In this document: piece by piece, positions 21,200 through 33,500 of the stretch
Numbering within the stretch: the first letter of the stretch is position 1
How the letters are laid out: every line of letters starts with the position of its first letter
From: Mustelus asterias
Taxonomy: Eukaryota
Assembly (NCBI RefSeq): GCF_964213995.1
Contig: NW_027590210.1
Coordinates: 248,001-312,000 of the forward strand
Length of the DNA: 64,000 nucleotides
Reading direction: 5' to 3'
Translations under genes and position numbers: made by a program
The notes under the pieces: generated by a model
Told to the model about the DNA's origin: nothing
Database searches by the model: none
The model's input: the letters and a program-made list of their open reading frames with translations, nothing else

Positions 21200-22982
21200 T
21201 CACTCACTGTTGTACACTTACTCAGTCTCACACACATTACACACATACTCACTTTTACACACTCCCTCTTGCACACTTGCTCACACACACACTCACTCTC
21301 ATAAACACTCACTTTAACACACTCACATCAACACACACATGAATACTCCCTCACACACTCTCACACACACATTCACTCACTCGCACGCACTCNNNNNNNN
21401 NNNNNNNNNNNNNNNNNNNNNNNNNNNNNNNNNNNNNNNNNNNNNNNNNNNNNNNNNNNNNNNNNNNNNNNNNNNNNNNNNNNNNNNNNNNNNNNNNNNN
21501 NNNNNNNNNNNNNNNNNNNNNNNNNNNNACACTCTGTCTCGCTCACACACACTCTCTGTCTCGCTCGCTCACACTCTCTGTCCCGCTCACACACACTCTC
21601 TGTCTCTCACACACACTCTCTGTCTCTCACACACACTCTCTGTCTCTCACACACACTCTCTGTCTCTCACACACACTCTCTGTCTCGCTCACACACACTC
21701 TCTGTCTCTCACACACACTCTCTGTCCCTCTCACACACACTCTCTGTCTCTCACACACACTCTCTGTCTCTCACACACACACTCTCTGTCTCGCTCACAC
21801 ACACTCTGTCTCGCTCACACACACTCTCTGTCTCGCTCACACACACTCTCTGTCTCGCTCACACACACTCACTGTCTCGCTCACACACACTCACTGTCTC
21901 GCTCACACACACTCACTGTCTCGCTCACACACACTCTCTGTCTCACACACACTCTCTGTCTCTCACACACACACTCTCTGTCTCGCTCACACACACTCTC
22001 TGTCTCGCTCACACACACTCTCTGTCTCGCTCACACACACTCTCTGTCTCGCTCACACACACTCTCTGTCTCGCTCACACACACTCTCTGTCTCTCACAC
22101 ACACTCTCTGTCTCTCACACACACTCTCTGTCTCTCACACACACTCTCTGTCTCTCACACACACTCTCTGTCTCTCACACACACTCTCTGTCTCTCACAC
22201 ACACTCTCTGTCTCTCACACACACTCTCTGTCTCTCTCACACACACTCTCTGTCTCTCTCACACACACTCTCTGTCTCTCACACACACTCTCTGTCTCTC
22301 ACACACACTCTCTGTCTCTCACACACACTCTCTGTCTCTCACACACACTCTCTGTCTCGCTCACACACACTCTCTGTCCCTCTCACACACACTCTCTGTC
22401 CCTCTCACACACACTCTCTGTCTCTCACACACACTCTCTGTCTCTCACACACACACTCTCTGTCTCTCACACACACACTCTCTGTCTCGCTCACACACAC
22501 TCTCTGTCTCTCACACACACTCTCTGTCTCTCACACACACTCTCTGTCTCTCACACACACTCTCTGTCTCTCACACACACACTCTCTGTCTCGCTCACAC
22601 ACACTCACTGTCTCGCTCACACACACTCTCTGTCTCGCTCACACACACACTCTCTGTCTCGCTCACACACACACTCTGTCTCGCTCACACACACTCTCTG
22701 TCTCGCTCACACACACTCTCTGTCTCGCTCACACACACTCTCTGTCTCGCTCACACACACTCTCTGTCTCGCTCACACACACTCTCTGTCTCGCTCACAC
22801 ACTCTCTGTCTCGCTCACACACACTCTCTGTCTCGCTCACACACACTCTCTGTCTCGCTCACACACACTCTCTGTCTCGCTCACACACACTCTCTGTCTC
22901 GCTCACACACACTCTCTGTCTCGCTCACACACACTCTCTGTCTCGCTCACACACACTCTCTGTCTCGCTCACACACACTCTG
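21200..22982. repeat. CA/CT-derived minisatellite (20-22-bp unit CTCTCTGTCTC(GC)TCACACACA) with a gap
   Basis: Directly visible. Confidence 0.95.
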
Positions 22983-22984
22983 TC

Positions 22985-24190
22985 TTGTATCTATCCTGTG
23001 AGTGTTTGATTGGGACAGTGTAGAGGGAGCTTTATTCTGTATCTAACTCCATGCTGTCCCTGTCCTGGGTGTGTTTGATGGGGACAGTGTAGAGGGAGCT
23101 TTACTCTGTATTGAATCCCGTGCTGTATTTGTCCTGGGAGTGTTTGATGGGGACAGTGTCGAGGGAGCTATACTCTGCACCTAACCCCGTGCTGTATCTG
23201 TTCCGGGAGTGTTTGATGGGGATAGTGTAGAGGGAGCTTTATCTGTATCTAACCCTGTGCTGTATATGTCCTGGAAGTGTTTGATGAGGACAGTGTCGAG
23301 GGAGCTTTACTCTGTATCTAACCCCGTGCTGTACCTGTGCTGGGCGAGTTTGATGGGGACAGTGCAGAGGGAGCTTTACTCTGTATCTAACCCCGTGCTG
23401 TATCTGTTCCGGGAGTGTTTGATGGGGACAGTGTGGAGGGAGATTTACTCTGTATCTAACCCCATGCTGTACCTGTCCTGGGACTGTTTGATGGAGACAG
23501 TGTCGAGGGAGCTTTACTCTGTATCTAACCACTTGCTGTATCTGTCCTGGGAGTGTTTGATGGTGACAGTGTCGAGGGAGCTTTACTCTGTATCTAACCC
23601 CGTGCTGTACCTGTCCTTGATTTGTCTGATGGGGATATTGTAGAGGGAGCTTTACTCCATATCTCACCCCCTGCTCTATCTGTTGTTGGAGTGTTTGATG
23701 GGGATAGTGCAGAGTGAGCTTTACTTTGTATCTAACCCATGCTGTGCCTGTCCTGGGAGTGTTTGATGGGGACAGTATCGAGGGAGCTTTATTCTTTATC
23801 TAAACCCGTGCTGTACCTGTCCTGGGCGAGTGTGTTGGGGACAGTGCAGAGGGAGCTTTCCTCTGTATCTAACCCCGTGCTGTATCTGTCCTTGGTTTGT
23901 TTGATTGATCTCCACATCATAACTTGTTTGATGGGGACAGTGTAGAGGGAGCTTTACTCTATATCTAACCCCGTGCTGTACCTGTCCTGGGTGTGTTGGA
24001 TCGGGACTGTGGAGAGGGAGCTTTACTCTGTATCGAACTCTGTGCTGTGTCTGTCCTGGGTGTGTTGGATGGGGACAGTGGAGAGAGAGCTTTACTCTGT
24101 ATCGAACTCTGTGCTGTACCTGTACCTTTCCTGTGAGTGTTTGATGGGAACAGTGTCGAGGGAGCTTTACTTTGCATCTAATCCCATGAT
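22985..24190. repeat. 69-bp minisatellite array
   Basis: Unit GTGTTTGATGGGGACAGTGTAGAGGGAGCTTTACTCTGTATCTAACCCCGTGCTGTACCTGTCCTGGGA. Further arrays at about 26.82-27.45, 31.14-32.35, 33.6-34.45, 36.18-36.66, 37.38-40.28, 42.06-42.75, 47.19-47.6, 48.02-48.7, 53.05-53.53, 54.23-56.58, 58.04-58.75 and 62.51-63.62 kb. Confidence 0.95.
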
Positions 24191-24710
24191 TCAGTTACTG
24201 ATAGACTGTAGAGGAAGATCAGGTCACACACACACGTTCTCCTTACACACTCTCAGACACACACACACACACACACACACACATGCTCTCTCTGTCTCTC
24301 ACACACACATACACTATCTCTTACGCACTCTCTCACTCACACACATGCTCTTTCTCTCTGTCACACACACTTTCTCTCACACATTCTCTCACACCCACTT
24401 TCACGCTCACACACTCTCACCCATGCACCCTCTCTCACTGTCACACTCTCACACACATGCACTCAGTCTCACACACACACATACACTCACTCTCTCACAC
24501 ACATACACTCTCTCTCTCACACATACACTCTCTCTCTCACACATACACTNNNNNNNNNNNNNNNNNNNNNNNNNNNNNNNNNNNNNNNNNNNNNNNNNNN
24601 NNNNNNNNNNNNNNNNNNNNNNNNNNNNNNNNNNNNNNNNNNNNNNNNNNNNNNNNNNNNNNNNNNNNNNNNNNNNNNNNNNNNNNNNNNNNNNNNNNNN
24701 NNNNNNNNNN

Positions 24711-26815
24711 ACACTCTCTCAAACATACACTCTCTCTCACGCACACACTCTCTCTCACGCACACACTCTCTCTCACGCACACACTCTCTCTCACGCACAC
24801 ACTCTCTCTCACGCACACACTCTCTCTCACGCACACACTCTCTCTCACGCACACACTCTCTCACACACACGCTCTCTCTCTCACGCACACGCACTCTCTC
24901 TCACGCACACGCACTCTCCCTCACGCACACGCACTCTCTCTCGCACACACTCTCTCTCTCGCACACACTCTCTCTCTCGCACACACTCTCTCTCTCGCAC
25001 ACACTCTCTCTCTCGCACACACTCTCTCTCTCGCACACACTCTCTCTCTCGCACACACTCTCTCTCTCGCACACACTCTCTCTCTCGCACACACTCTCTC
25101 TCTCGCACACACTCTCTCTCTCGCACACACTCTCTCTCTCGCACACACTCACTCTCTCGCACACACTCTCTCTCGCACACACTCTCTCTCTCGCACACAC
25201 TCTCTCTCTCGCACACACTCTCTCTCTCGCACACACTCTCTCTCTCGCACACACTCTCTCTCGCACACACTCTCTCTCTCGCACACACTCTCTCTCTCGC
25301 ACACACTCTCTCTCTCGCACACACTCTCTCTCTCGCACACACTCTCTCTCTCGCACACACTCTCTCTCTCGCACACACTCTCTCTCTCGCACACACTCTC
25401 TCTCTCGCACACACTCTCTCTCTCGCACACACTCTCTCTCTCGCACACACTCTCTCTCTCGCACACACTCTCTCTCTCGCACACACTCTCTCTCTCGCAC
25501 ACACTCTCTCTCGCACACACTCTCTCTCTCGCACACACTCTCTCTCTCGCACACACTCTCTCTCTCGCACACACTCTCTCTCTCGCACACACTCTCTCTC
25601 GCACACACTCTCTCTCTCGCACACACTCTCTCTCTCGCACACACTCTCTCTCGCACACACTCTCTCTCTCGCACACACTCTCTCTCTCGCACACACTCTC
25701 TCTCTCGCACACACTCTCTCTCTCGCACACACTCTCTCTCTCGCACACACTCTCTCTCTCGCACACACTCTCTCTCTCGCACACACTCTCTCTCTCGCAC
25801 ACACTCTCTCTCTCGCACACACTCTCTCTCTCGCACACACTCTCTCTCTCGCACACACTCTCTCTCTCGCACACACTCTCTCTCTCGCACACACTCTCTC
25901 TCTCGCACACACTCTCTCTCTCGCACACACTCTCTCTCTCGCACACACTCTCTCTCTCGCACACACTCTCTCTCTCGCACACACTCTCTCTCTCGCACAC
26001 ACTCTCTCTCTCGCACACACTCTCTCTCTCGCACACACTCTCTCTCTCGCACACACTCTCTCTCTCGCACACACTCTCTCTCTCGCACACACTCTCTCTC
26101 TCGCACACACTCTCTCTCACACACACTCTCTCTCGCACACACTCTCTCTCTCGCACACACTCTCTCTCTCGCACACACTCTCTCTCTCGCACACACTCTC
26201 TCTCTCGCACACACTCTCTCTCTCGCACACACTCTCTCTCTCGCACACACTCTCTCGCACACACTCTCTCTCTCGCACACACTCTCTCTCTCGCACACAC
26301 TCTCTCTCTCGCACACACTCTCTCTCTCGCACACACTCTCTCTCTCGCACACACTCTCTCTCTCGCACACACTCTCTCTCTCGCACACACTCTCTCTCTC
26401 GCACACACTCTCTCTCTCGCACACACTCTCTCTCTCGCACACACTCTCTCTCTCGCACACACTCTCTCTCTCGCACACACTCTCTCTCTCGCACACACTC
26501 TCTCTCTCGCACACACTCTCTCTCTCGCACACACTCTCTCTCTCGCACACACTCTCTCTCTCGCACACACTCTCTCTCTCGCACACACTCTCTCTCTCGC
26601 ACACACTCTCTCTCTCGCACACACTCTCTCTCTCGCACACACTCTCTCTCTCGCACACTCTCTCTCGCACACACTCTCTCTCTCGCACACACTCTCTCTC
26701 TCGCACACACTCTCTCTCTCGCACACACTCTCTCTCTCGCACACACTCTCTCTCTCGCACACACACACTTTCTCACACACAATCTCTCTCACACACACAT
26801 TCTCTCACACACACA
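24711..26815. repeat. Highly homogeneous 18-bp satellite (TCTCTCTCTCGCACACAC)n
   Basis: About 2 kb of near-perfect units with occasional 16-bp variants. Confidence 0.97.
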
Positions 26816-28292
26816 ATGATGGGGAAAAATGTAGAGGAAGATTTGAGCTGTATCTAACCCCGTGCTGTACCTGTCCTGGGTGTGTTTGATGTGCACAATG
26901 TGGAGGCAGCTTTTCCTTTAATCTAGCACCATGCTGTATCTGTCATTGGATTATTTGATAGTGACAGTGTATAGGGAGCTTCACTCTGTATCTAAACCCT
27001 TGCTGTACCTGTCCTGGGTGTGTTTGATGGGGACAGTGTAGAGGGAGCTTCACTCTGTACCCAATCCCGTGCTGTCTCTCTCCTGGAAGTGTTTTATGGG
27101 GACAGTGTAGAGCGAGCTTTGCTCTGTATCTTACCCTGTGCTGTCCCTGTCCTGCGAGTGTTTGATGGGGACAGTGTAGAGGGAGCTTTACTCTGTATCT
27201 AAACCCTTGCTGTACCTGTCCTGCGAGTGTTTGATGGAGACAGTGTAGAGCGAGCTTTACTCTGTATCGAACCCCGTGCTGTACCTGTCCTGCGAGTGTT
27301 TGATGGAGACAGTGTCGAGGGACCTTTACTCTGTATTGAACCCCGTGCTGTATTTGGCCTGGGAGTGTTTAATGGGGACAGTGTCGAGGGAGCTATACTC
27401 TGTACCTAACCCTGTGCTGTACCTGTCCTGGGAGTTTTTGATGGGGACAGGACTTGGGGGACATTGGATTTTAGACAATGTTTAGGGTTTTAGACTTTTC
27501 GGAGTGAAATTCAGGAACACTTTGCCACACCAGGTGTGATATTAGTTTGGAACGACCTTCTATAATTCACAGTTGATGCTCAGTCGCTTATTAATGTTCA
27601 AACCTGAAGTTGATAGATGGTATTTTACACACAGGAGAAGCAATTTAAAATCAATGGGTCTATGTTAAAATACTTGCAGGAACAGAGAGACCTGGGGTTT
27701 CAGTTCATTTTTACATCTTAAAGATTCAACCTGGGGCTCAGAATCTGTCAGTTGAATCTACTTTTCCTGTCCCGAAAACGTGTCAACAATTGTGTTGGGG
27801 AATGTGACAAAAGGTGACATTCCTGCATCCTGCACAGTCGGGTTGGGAGGTTGTTTGAAAGGAGATTCAGAAAGTGTCAATGAGATTGTGTCTCTTTGCA
27901 GAAGTTGAGTATTTCACAGGAGACGCCTTGAGATAAAGGAAAGTTTTACCAATGTCTGCGTAACTTTCAAAGTCTCCAGACGCATGAAGGGGGCAGAGAT
28001 TTTGTAATATTCAGAGCAGGAGATGGGGGACAATCACAGAATTGAAGATGTGAGGCCATCTCTTGTTTCTGAATGTCAATCTGTAGCTTTTAAACTTTAG
28101 TCCTCGGCTAATCATTCCAAGTTTGCAATCCCACACTTTGCTGTTGTTAATTTTGAGTTGTAAATTTTCTGAAATTGATTCTGTAATAAAAATCCCTGCA
28201 GGATGCAATGATTCCCATTCTGTCTGCTGCTGCAAAGCCCCAGTTTGTGTCTCAGTTTCACTCTTTATCAACCACTTAAGATCCAAGAGCCA

Positions 28293-28495
28293 GAGAATTC
28301 CTACACTGCAGAATGAGGCCATTCAGCCCAACAAGCCTGCCCCGACAATAATCCCACCCAGGCCCGAATCCCCCTGACACTAAGAGGCAATTTAGCAAAC
28401 GTGCAAACTCCACACAGTCACTCGAGGCGGGGAATCGAACCCAGATCCCTGGCGCTGAGAGTCAGCAGTGCTAACCACTGTGCCACCGTGTCGCC
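28293..28495 (-). mobile_element. Internally deleted SINE in block U (copies at about 43590, 49533, 59590), with a second SINE 3' fragment at about 28595-28745
   Basis: Reverse complement reads GACACGGTGGCACAGTGGTTAGCACTGCTG...GGTTCGATTCC. Confidence 0.8.
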
Positions 28496-28835
28496 CGGTG
28501 ATGAGACAGAACGTTTGCCAAAGTGCACAGAAATAGGCAGCATTGTCAGCATTTTAGCTGGAAGCTTCAAATGACAAAGGGATCTTAATAGTAGAGTCAC
28601 AGAATCCTTGCAGTGCAGAAGGAGACCATTCAGCCCATCGAGTCTGTACTGACTCTCTGACACAGTATCTTACCAAGGCCCTTGACCCAGCCCTATCCCC
28701 GTAACCCCACACATTTACCTTAATCCACCGAACCTACACAGCTTTGGACAGGAAACGGCAATTTACTGTGTCCAATCCACAAATTTGGAAAATACTGGGA
28801 TGGATTGAGAAATGGTTTCCGGGCAGAAAACAGAG

Positions 28836-30522
28836 CTCAGATACAAATGGGCCCTTTGGCCCAACTTTTCCCTGCCACCCAGTTTTTACCATTAAGCTCG
28901 TATCAAATGCCTTGCGTTTGGCCCAAATCCCTCCATACCAATCTTACCAGAATAACTGTCTAAATGCTTTTTAAAATATAAAATTGTGTCCGCTTCTACT
29001 CCGACCTCTGGCAGCTTGTTCCAATCCCTCACCACCCTATGTGTGAAAAGAATTGCCCTCTGGACCCTCTCCCCTCTCACCTTAAACCTATGTCTTCTAG
29101 TTTTAGACTCCCCTCCCTTTTGGAAAAGATGTTGACGAGCTTATCAAAGAACAAAGAGAATTACAGCACAGGAACAGGCCCTTCGGCCCTCCAAGCCTGC
29201 ACCAACCATGCTGCCCGACTGAACTAAAACCCCCTACCCTTCCGGGGACCATATCCCTCTATTCCCATCCTATTCATGTATTTGTCCAGACGTTCCGTAA
29301 AACTCACTATCGTATCTGTTTCCACTACCTCCCCCGGCAGCGAGTTCCAGGCACCCACCACCCTCTGTGTAAAAAAACTTGCCTTGTACATCTCCTTTAA
29401 ACCTTGCCCCTCACACCTTAAACCTATGCCCCCTAGATTTTGAATCTTCCACCCTGGTAAAAAGCTTCTGACTATCCACTCTGTCCATGCCCCTCATAAT
29501 CTTGTAGAATTCTATCAGGTCGCCCCCTCAACCTCCGTCGTTCCAGTGAGAACAAACCAAGTTTCTCCAATCTCTCCTCAGAGCTAATGCCCTCCATCCT
29601 AGGAAACATCCTGGTAAATCTTTTCTGAACCCTCTCCAAAGCCTCCACATCTTTCTGGTAGTGTGTCGATCAGAATTGAACACTATATTCCAAGTGCGGC
29701 CTAACTAAGGTTCGATAAAGCTGCTGTATCCATGCCCTCATTATTTTAGAGACCTCTATAAGAACACCACTAAGCCAACTCAAGGGAAAAAAGTCCCAGA
29801 GTATCCAGCCTCTCATTATAACTCAAACCATCAGGACCCCATAGCATCCCAGTCATTCTTTTCTGCACACTTTCTAGCTTAATAATCTCCTTTCTATAAG
29901 GGTGACCAGAACAATACACAGCATTCCAAGTGTGGTCTTACCAATGTCTTGTACAACTCCAACAAGACGTCCCAACTCCTGTGTTCAATGTTTTGACCAA
30001 TGAAACCAAGCATGTGGAATGCCTTCTTCACCACTCTATCCACCTGTGACTCCACTTTCAAGGAGCTATCAATCTGTACCCCGAGATCCCTTTGTTCTGT
30101 AACTCTCACCAACACCCTACCATTAACTGAGTAAGTCCTGTGTTTGTTCAATCTACCAAAATGTATCACCTTGCATTTATCTAAATTAAACTCCATCTGC
30201 CATTCAACAGCCCACTGGCCCAATTGATCAAGATCCCATTGCAACCCTAGATAACCTTCTTCACTGTCCACTATGCCACAAATCTTGGTGTCAACTGCAA
30301 ACTTACAAACCATGCCTCCTAAATTCTCATCCAAATCATTAATGTAAATGACAAATAACAGTGGACCCAGCACCGATCCCTGAGGCACCCCGTTGGTCAC
30401 AGGCCTCCAGTTTGACAAAAAAACAACCCTCTCCAACCACCCTCTGTCTTCTGTCATCAAGCCTATTTTGTATCCATTTGGCTACCTCACCCTGGATCCC
30501 GTGAGATTTAACCAAATCCTGT
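28836..30522 (-). mobile_element. 5'-truncated CR1 LINE with a second CR1 (about 29146-29724) nested inside, copy 1
   Basis: RT motifs GVPQGSVLGPLLFVIYINDLD, KFAVDTKI, LVRPHLECCVLFWSP; host C-terminus FTHRVVRDWNKLP; nested element has its own TTCTCTTTGTTCTTT tail. Confidence 0.92.
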
Positions 30523-33500
30523 CTGCTTTTGTTTTTAAATTTGTACATTTTTAAACACAGAAACAGTTCTGTATCGAACTCTGTGCTGTACCTGTAACTT
30601 TCCTGGGAGTGTTTGATGGGAACAGTGTCGAGGGAGCTTTACTTTGCATCTAATCCCGTGTTTCAGTCACTGATAGACTGTAGAGGAAGATCAGGTCACA
30701 CACACGCTCTCCTTACACACTCTCAGACACACACACACACACACACATACACACACATGCTCTCTCTGTCTCTCACACACACATACACTATCTCTTACGC
30801 ACTCTCTCACTCACACACATGCTCTTCCTCTCTGTCACACACACATTCTCTCTGTCACACACATTCTCTCACACACACTTTCACGCTCACACACTCTCAC
30901 CGATGCATTCTCTCACTGACACACTCTCACACACATGCACTCAGTCTCGCACACACATTCACTCAATCTCTCACTCACATACACTCTCTCTCTCACACNN
31001 NNNNNNNNNNNNNNNNNNNNNNNNNNNNNNNNNNNNNNNNNNNNNNNNNNNNNNNNNNNNNNNNNNNNNNNNNNNNNNNNNNNNNNNNNNNNNNNNNNNN
31101 NNNNNNNNNNNNNNNNNNNNNNNNNNNNNNNNNNNNNNNNTAGAGGAAGATTTGAGCTGTATCTAACCCCGTGCTGTACCTGTCCTGGGGCTGTTTGATG
31201 TGCACAATGTGGAGGCAGCTTTTCCTTTAATCTCGCACCATGCTGTATCTGTCTTTGGATTATTTGATGGGGACAGTGTATAGGGAGCTTCACTCTGTAT
31301 CTCACCCCATGCTGTACCTGTCCTGGGAGTGTTTGATGGGGACAGTGTATAGGGAGCTTCACTCTGTACCTAAACCCGTGCTGTTCATGTCCTGGGAGTG
31401 TTTGATGGGGATAGTGTAGAGGGAGCTTTATCTGTATCTAACCCTGTGCTGTATATGTCCTGGGAGTGTTTGATGAGGACAGCGAAGTGGGAGCTTTACT
31501 CTATATCTAACCACTTGCTGTATCTGTCGTGGGTGTGTTTGATGGGGACAGTGTGGGGGGAGCTTTACTCTATCTAATCCCGTGCTGTACCTGTCCTGGG
31601 AGTGTTTGATGGGGGACAGTGTAGAGGGAGATTTACTCTGTATCTCACCCCGTGCTGTATCTGTTCCGGGAGTGTTTGATGGGGACAGCGTGGAGGGAGA
31701 TTTACCCTGTATTTAACCCCATGTTGTACCTGTCCTGGGACTGTTTGATGGGGACAGTGTCGAGGGAGCTTTACTCTATATCTAACCCCGTGCTGTACCT
31801 GTCCTGGGAGTGTTTGATGGGGACAGTGTCGAGGGAGCTTTACTCTAAATCTAACCACTTGCTGTATCTGTCCTGGGAGTGTTTGATGGGGATAGTGCAG
31901 AAGGAGCTTTACTTTGTATCGAACCCATGCTGTGAATGTCCTGGGAGTGTTTGATGTGGACATTATCGAGGGAGCTTTACTCTTTATCTAAACCCGTGCT
32001 GTACCTGTCCTGGGCGGGTTTGTTGGGGACAGTGTAGAGGGAGCTTTACTCTGTATCTAATCCCGTGCTGTATCTGTCCTTGGTTTGTTTGATGGGGACA
32101 GTGTAGAGGGAGCTTTACTCTCCATCTAACCCCGTGCTGTACCTGTCCTGGGACTGTTTGATGGGAACAGTGCAGAGGATGCTTTACTCTGTATCTAACC
32201 CCGTGCTGTACCTGTCCTGGGAGTGTTTGATGGGAACAGTGTAGAGAGAGCTTTACTCTGTATCGAACTCTGTGCTGTACCTGTACCTTTCCTGGGAGTG
32301 TTGGATGGGAACAGTGTCGAGGGAGCTTTACTTTGCATCTAATCCCGTGATTCAGTTACTGATAGACTGTCGAGGAAGATCAGGTCACACACATGCTCTC
32401 CTGACACACTCTCAGACACACACACACACACACACACACACATGCTCTCTCTGTCTCTCACACACACATGCACTATCTCTGACGCACTCTCTCACTCACA
32501 CACATGCTCTTTCTCTCTCTCACACACACTTTCTCTCTCTCTCACACATTCTCTCTCACACACATTCTCTCACACACACTTTCACGCTCACACACTCTCA
32601 CGCATGCATTCTCTCTCATTGTCACACTCTCACACACATGCACTCAGTCTCTCACACACACATACACTCACTCTCTCACACACATACACTCTCTCTCTCA
32701 CACATAGACTCTCTCTCAAGGATATACTCTCTCCCACACACANNNNNNNNNNNNNNNNNNNNNNNNNNNNNNNNNNNNNNNNNNNNNNNNNNNNNNNNNN
32801 NNNNNNNNNNNNNNNNNNNNNNNNNNNNNNNNNNNNNNNNNNNNNNNNNNNNNNNNNNNNNNNNNNNNNNNNNNNNNNNNNNNNNNNNNANNNNNNNNNN
32901 NNNNNNNNNNNNNNNNNNNNNNNNNNNNNNNNNNNNNNNNNNNNNNNNNNNNNNNNNNNNNNNNNNNNNNNNNNNNNNNNNNNNNNNNNNNNNNNNNNNN
33001 NNNNNNNNNNNNNNNNNNNNNNNNNNNNNNNNNNNNNNNNNNNNNNNNNNNNNNNNNNNNNNNNNNNNNNNNNNNNNNNNNNNNNNNNNNNNNNNNNNNN
33101 NNNNNNNNNNNNNNNNNNNNNNNNNNNNNNNNNNNNNNNNNNNTCTCACGCCCACGCTCTCTCTCTCGCACACACGATCTCCCTCACACACTCTCTCTCT
33201 CTAACACACACACACTCTCTCTCACGCACATGCTCTCTCTCACGCACACGCTCTCTCTCACGCACATGCTCTCTCTCACGCACATGCTCTCTCTCACGCA
33301 CACGCTCTCTCTCTCGCACACACTCTCTCTCTCGCACACACTCTCTCTCTCGCACACACTCTCTCTCTCGCACACACTCTCTCTCTCACACACACTCTCT
33401 CTCTCGCACACACTCTCTCTCGCACACACTATCTCTCTCACACACTNNNNNNNNNNNNNNNNNNNNNNNNNNNNNNNNNNNNNNNNNNNNNNNNNNNNNN

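Noticed and set aside
23209-23945. ORFs with a 23-aa repeat (ECLMGTVSRELYSVSNPVLYLSW)
   Set aside because: 69-bp satellite; frequent TAG codons and single-base indels.
24195-24225. Recurring micro-exon-like CAG/TTACTGATAGACTGTAGAGGAAGATCAG/GT
   Set aside because: Homologous to the end of the repeat-like segment following block X (about 35385-35420); a duplicated junction.
21339-26889. Very long His/Thr/Leu/Ser or Cys/Glu/Arg/Val ORFs (up to 948 aa), and similar ones to 62.6 kb
   Set aside because: Stop-free CA/CT satellites read through N gaps; open in many frames on both strands.
27731-28050. Exon-like signals and short open frames in block U
   Set aside because: All three frames after the TTTGCAG acceptor stop early; candidate frames and donors are inconsistent among the four copies.
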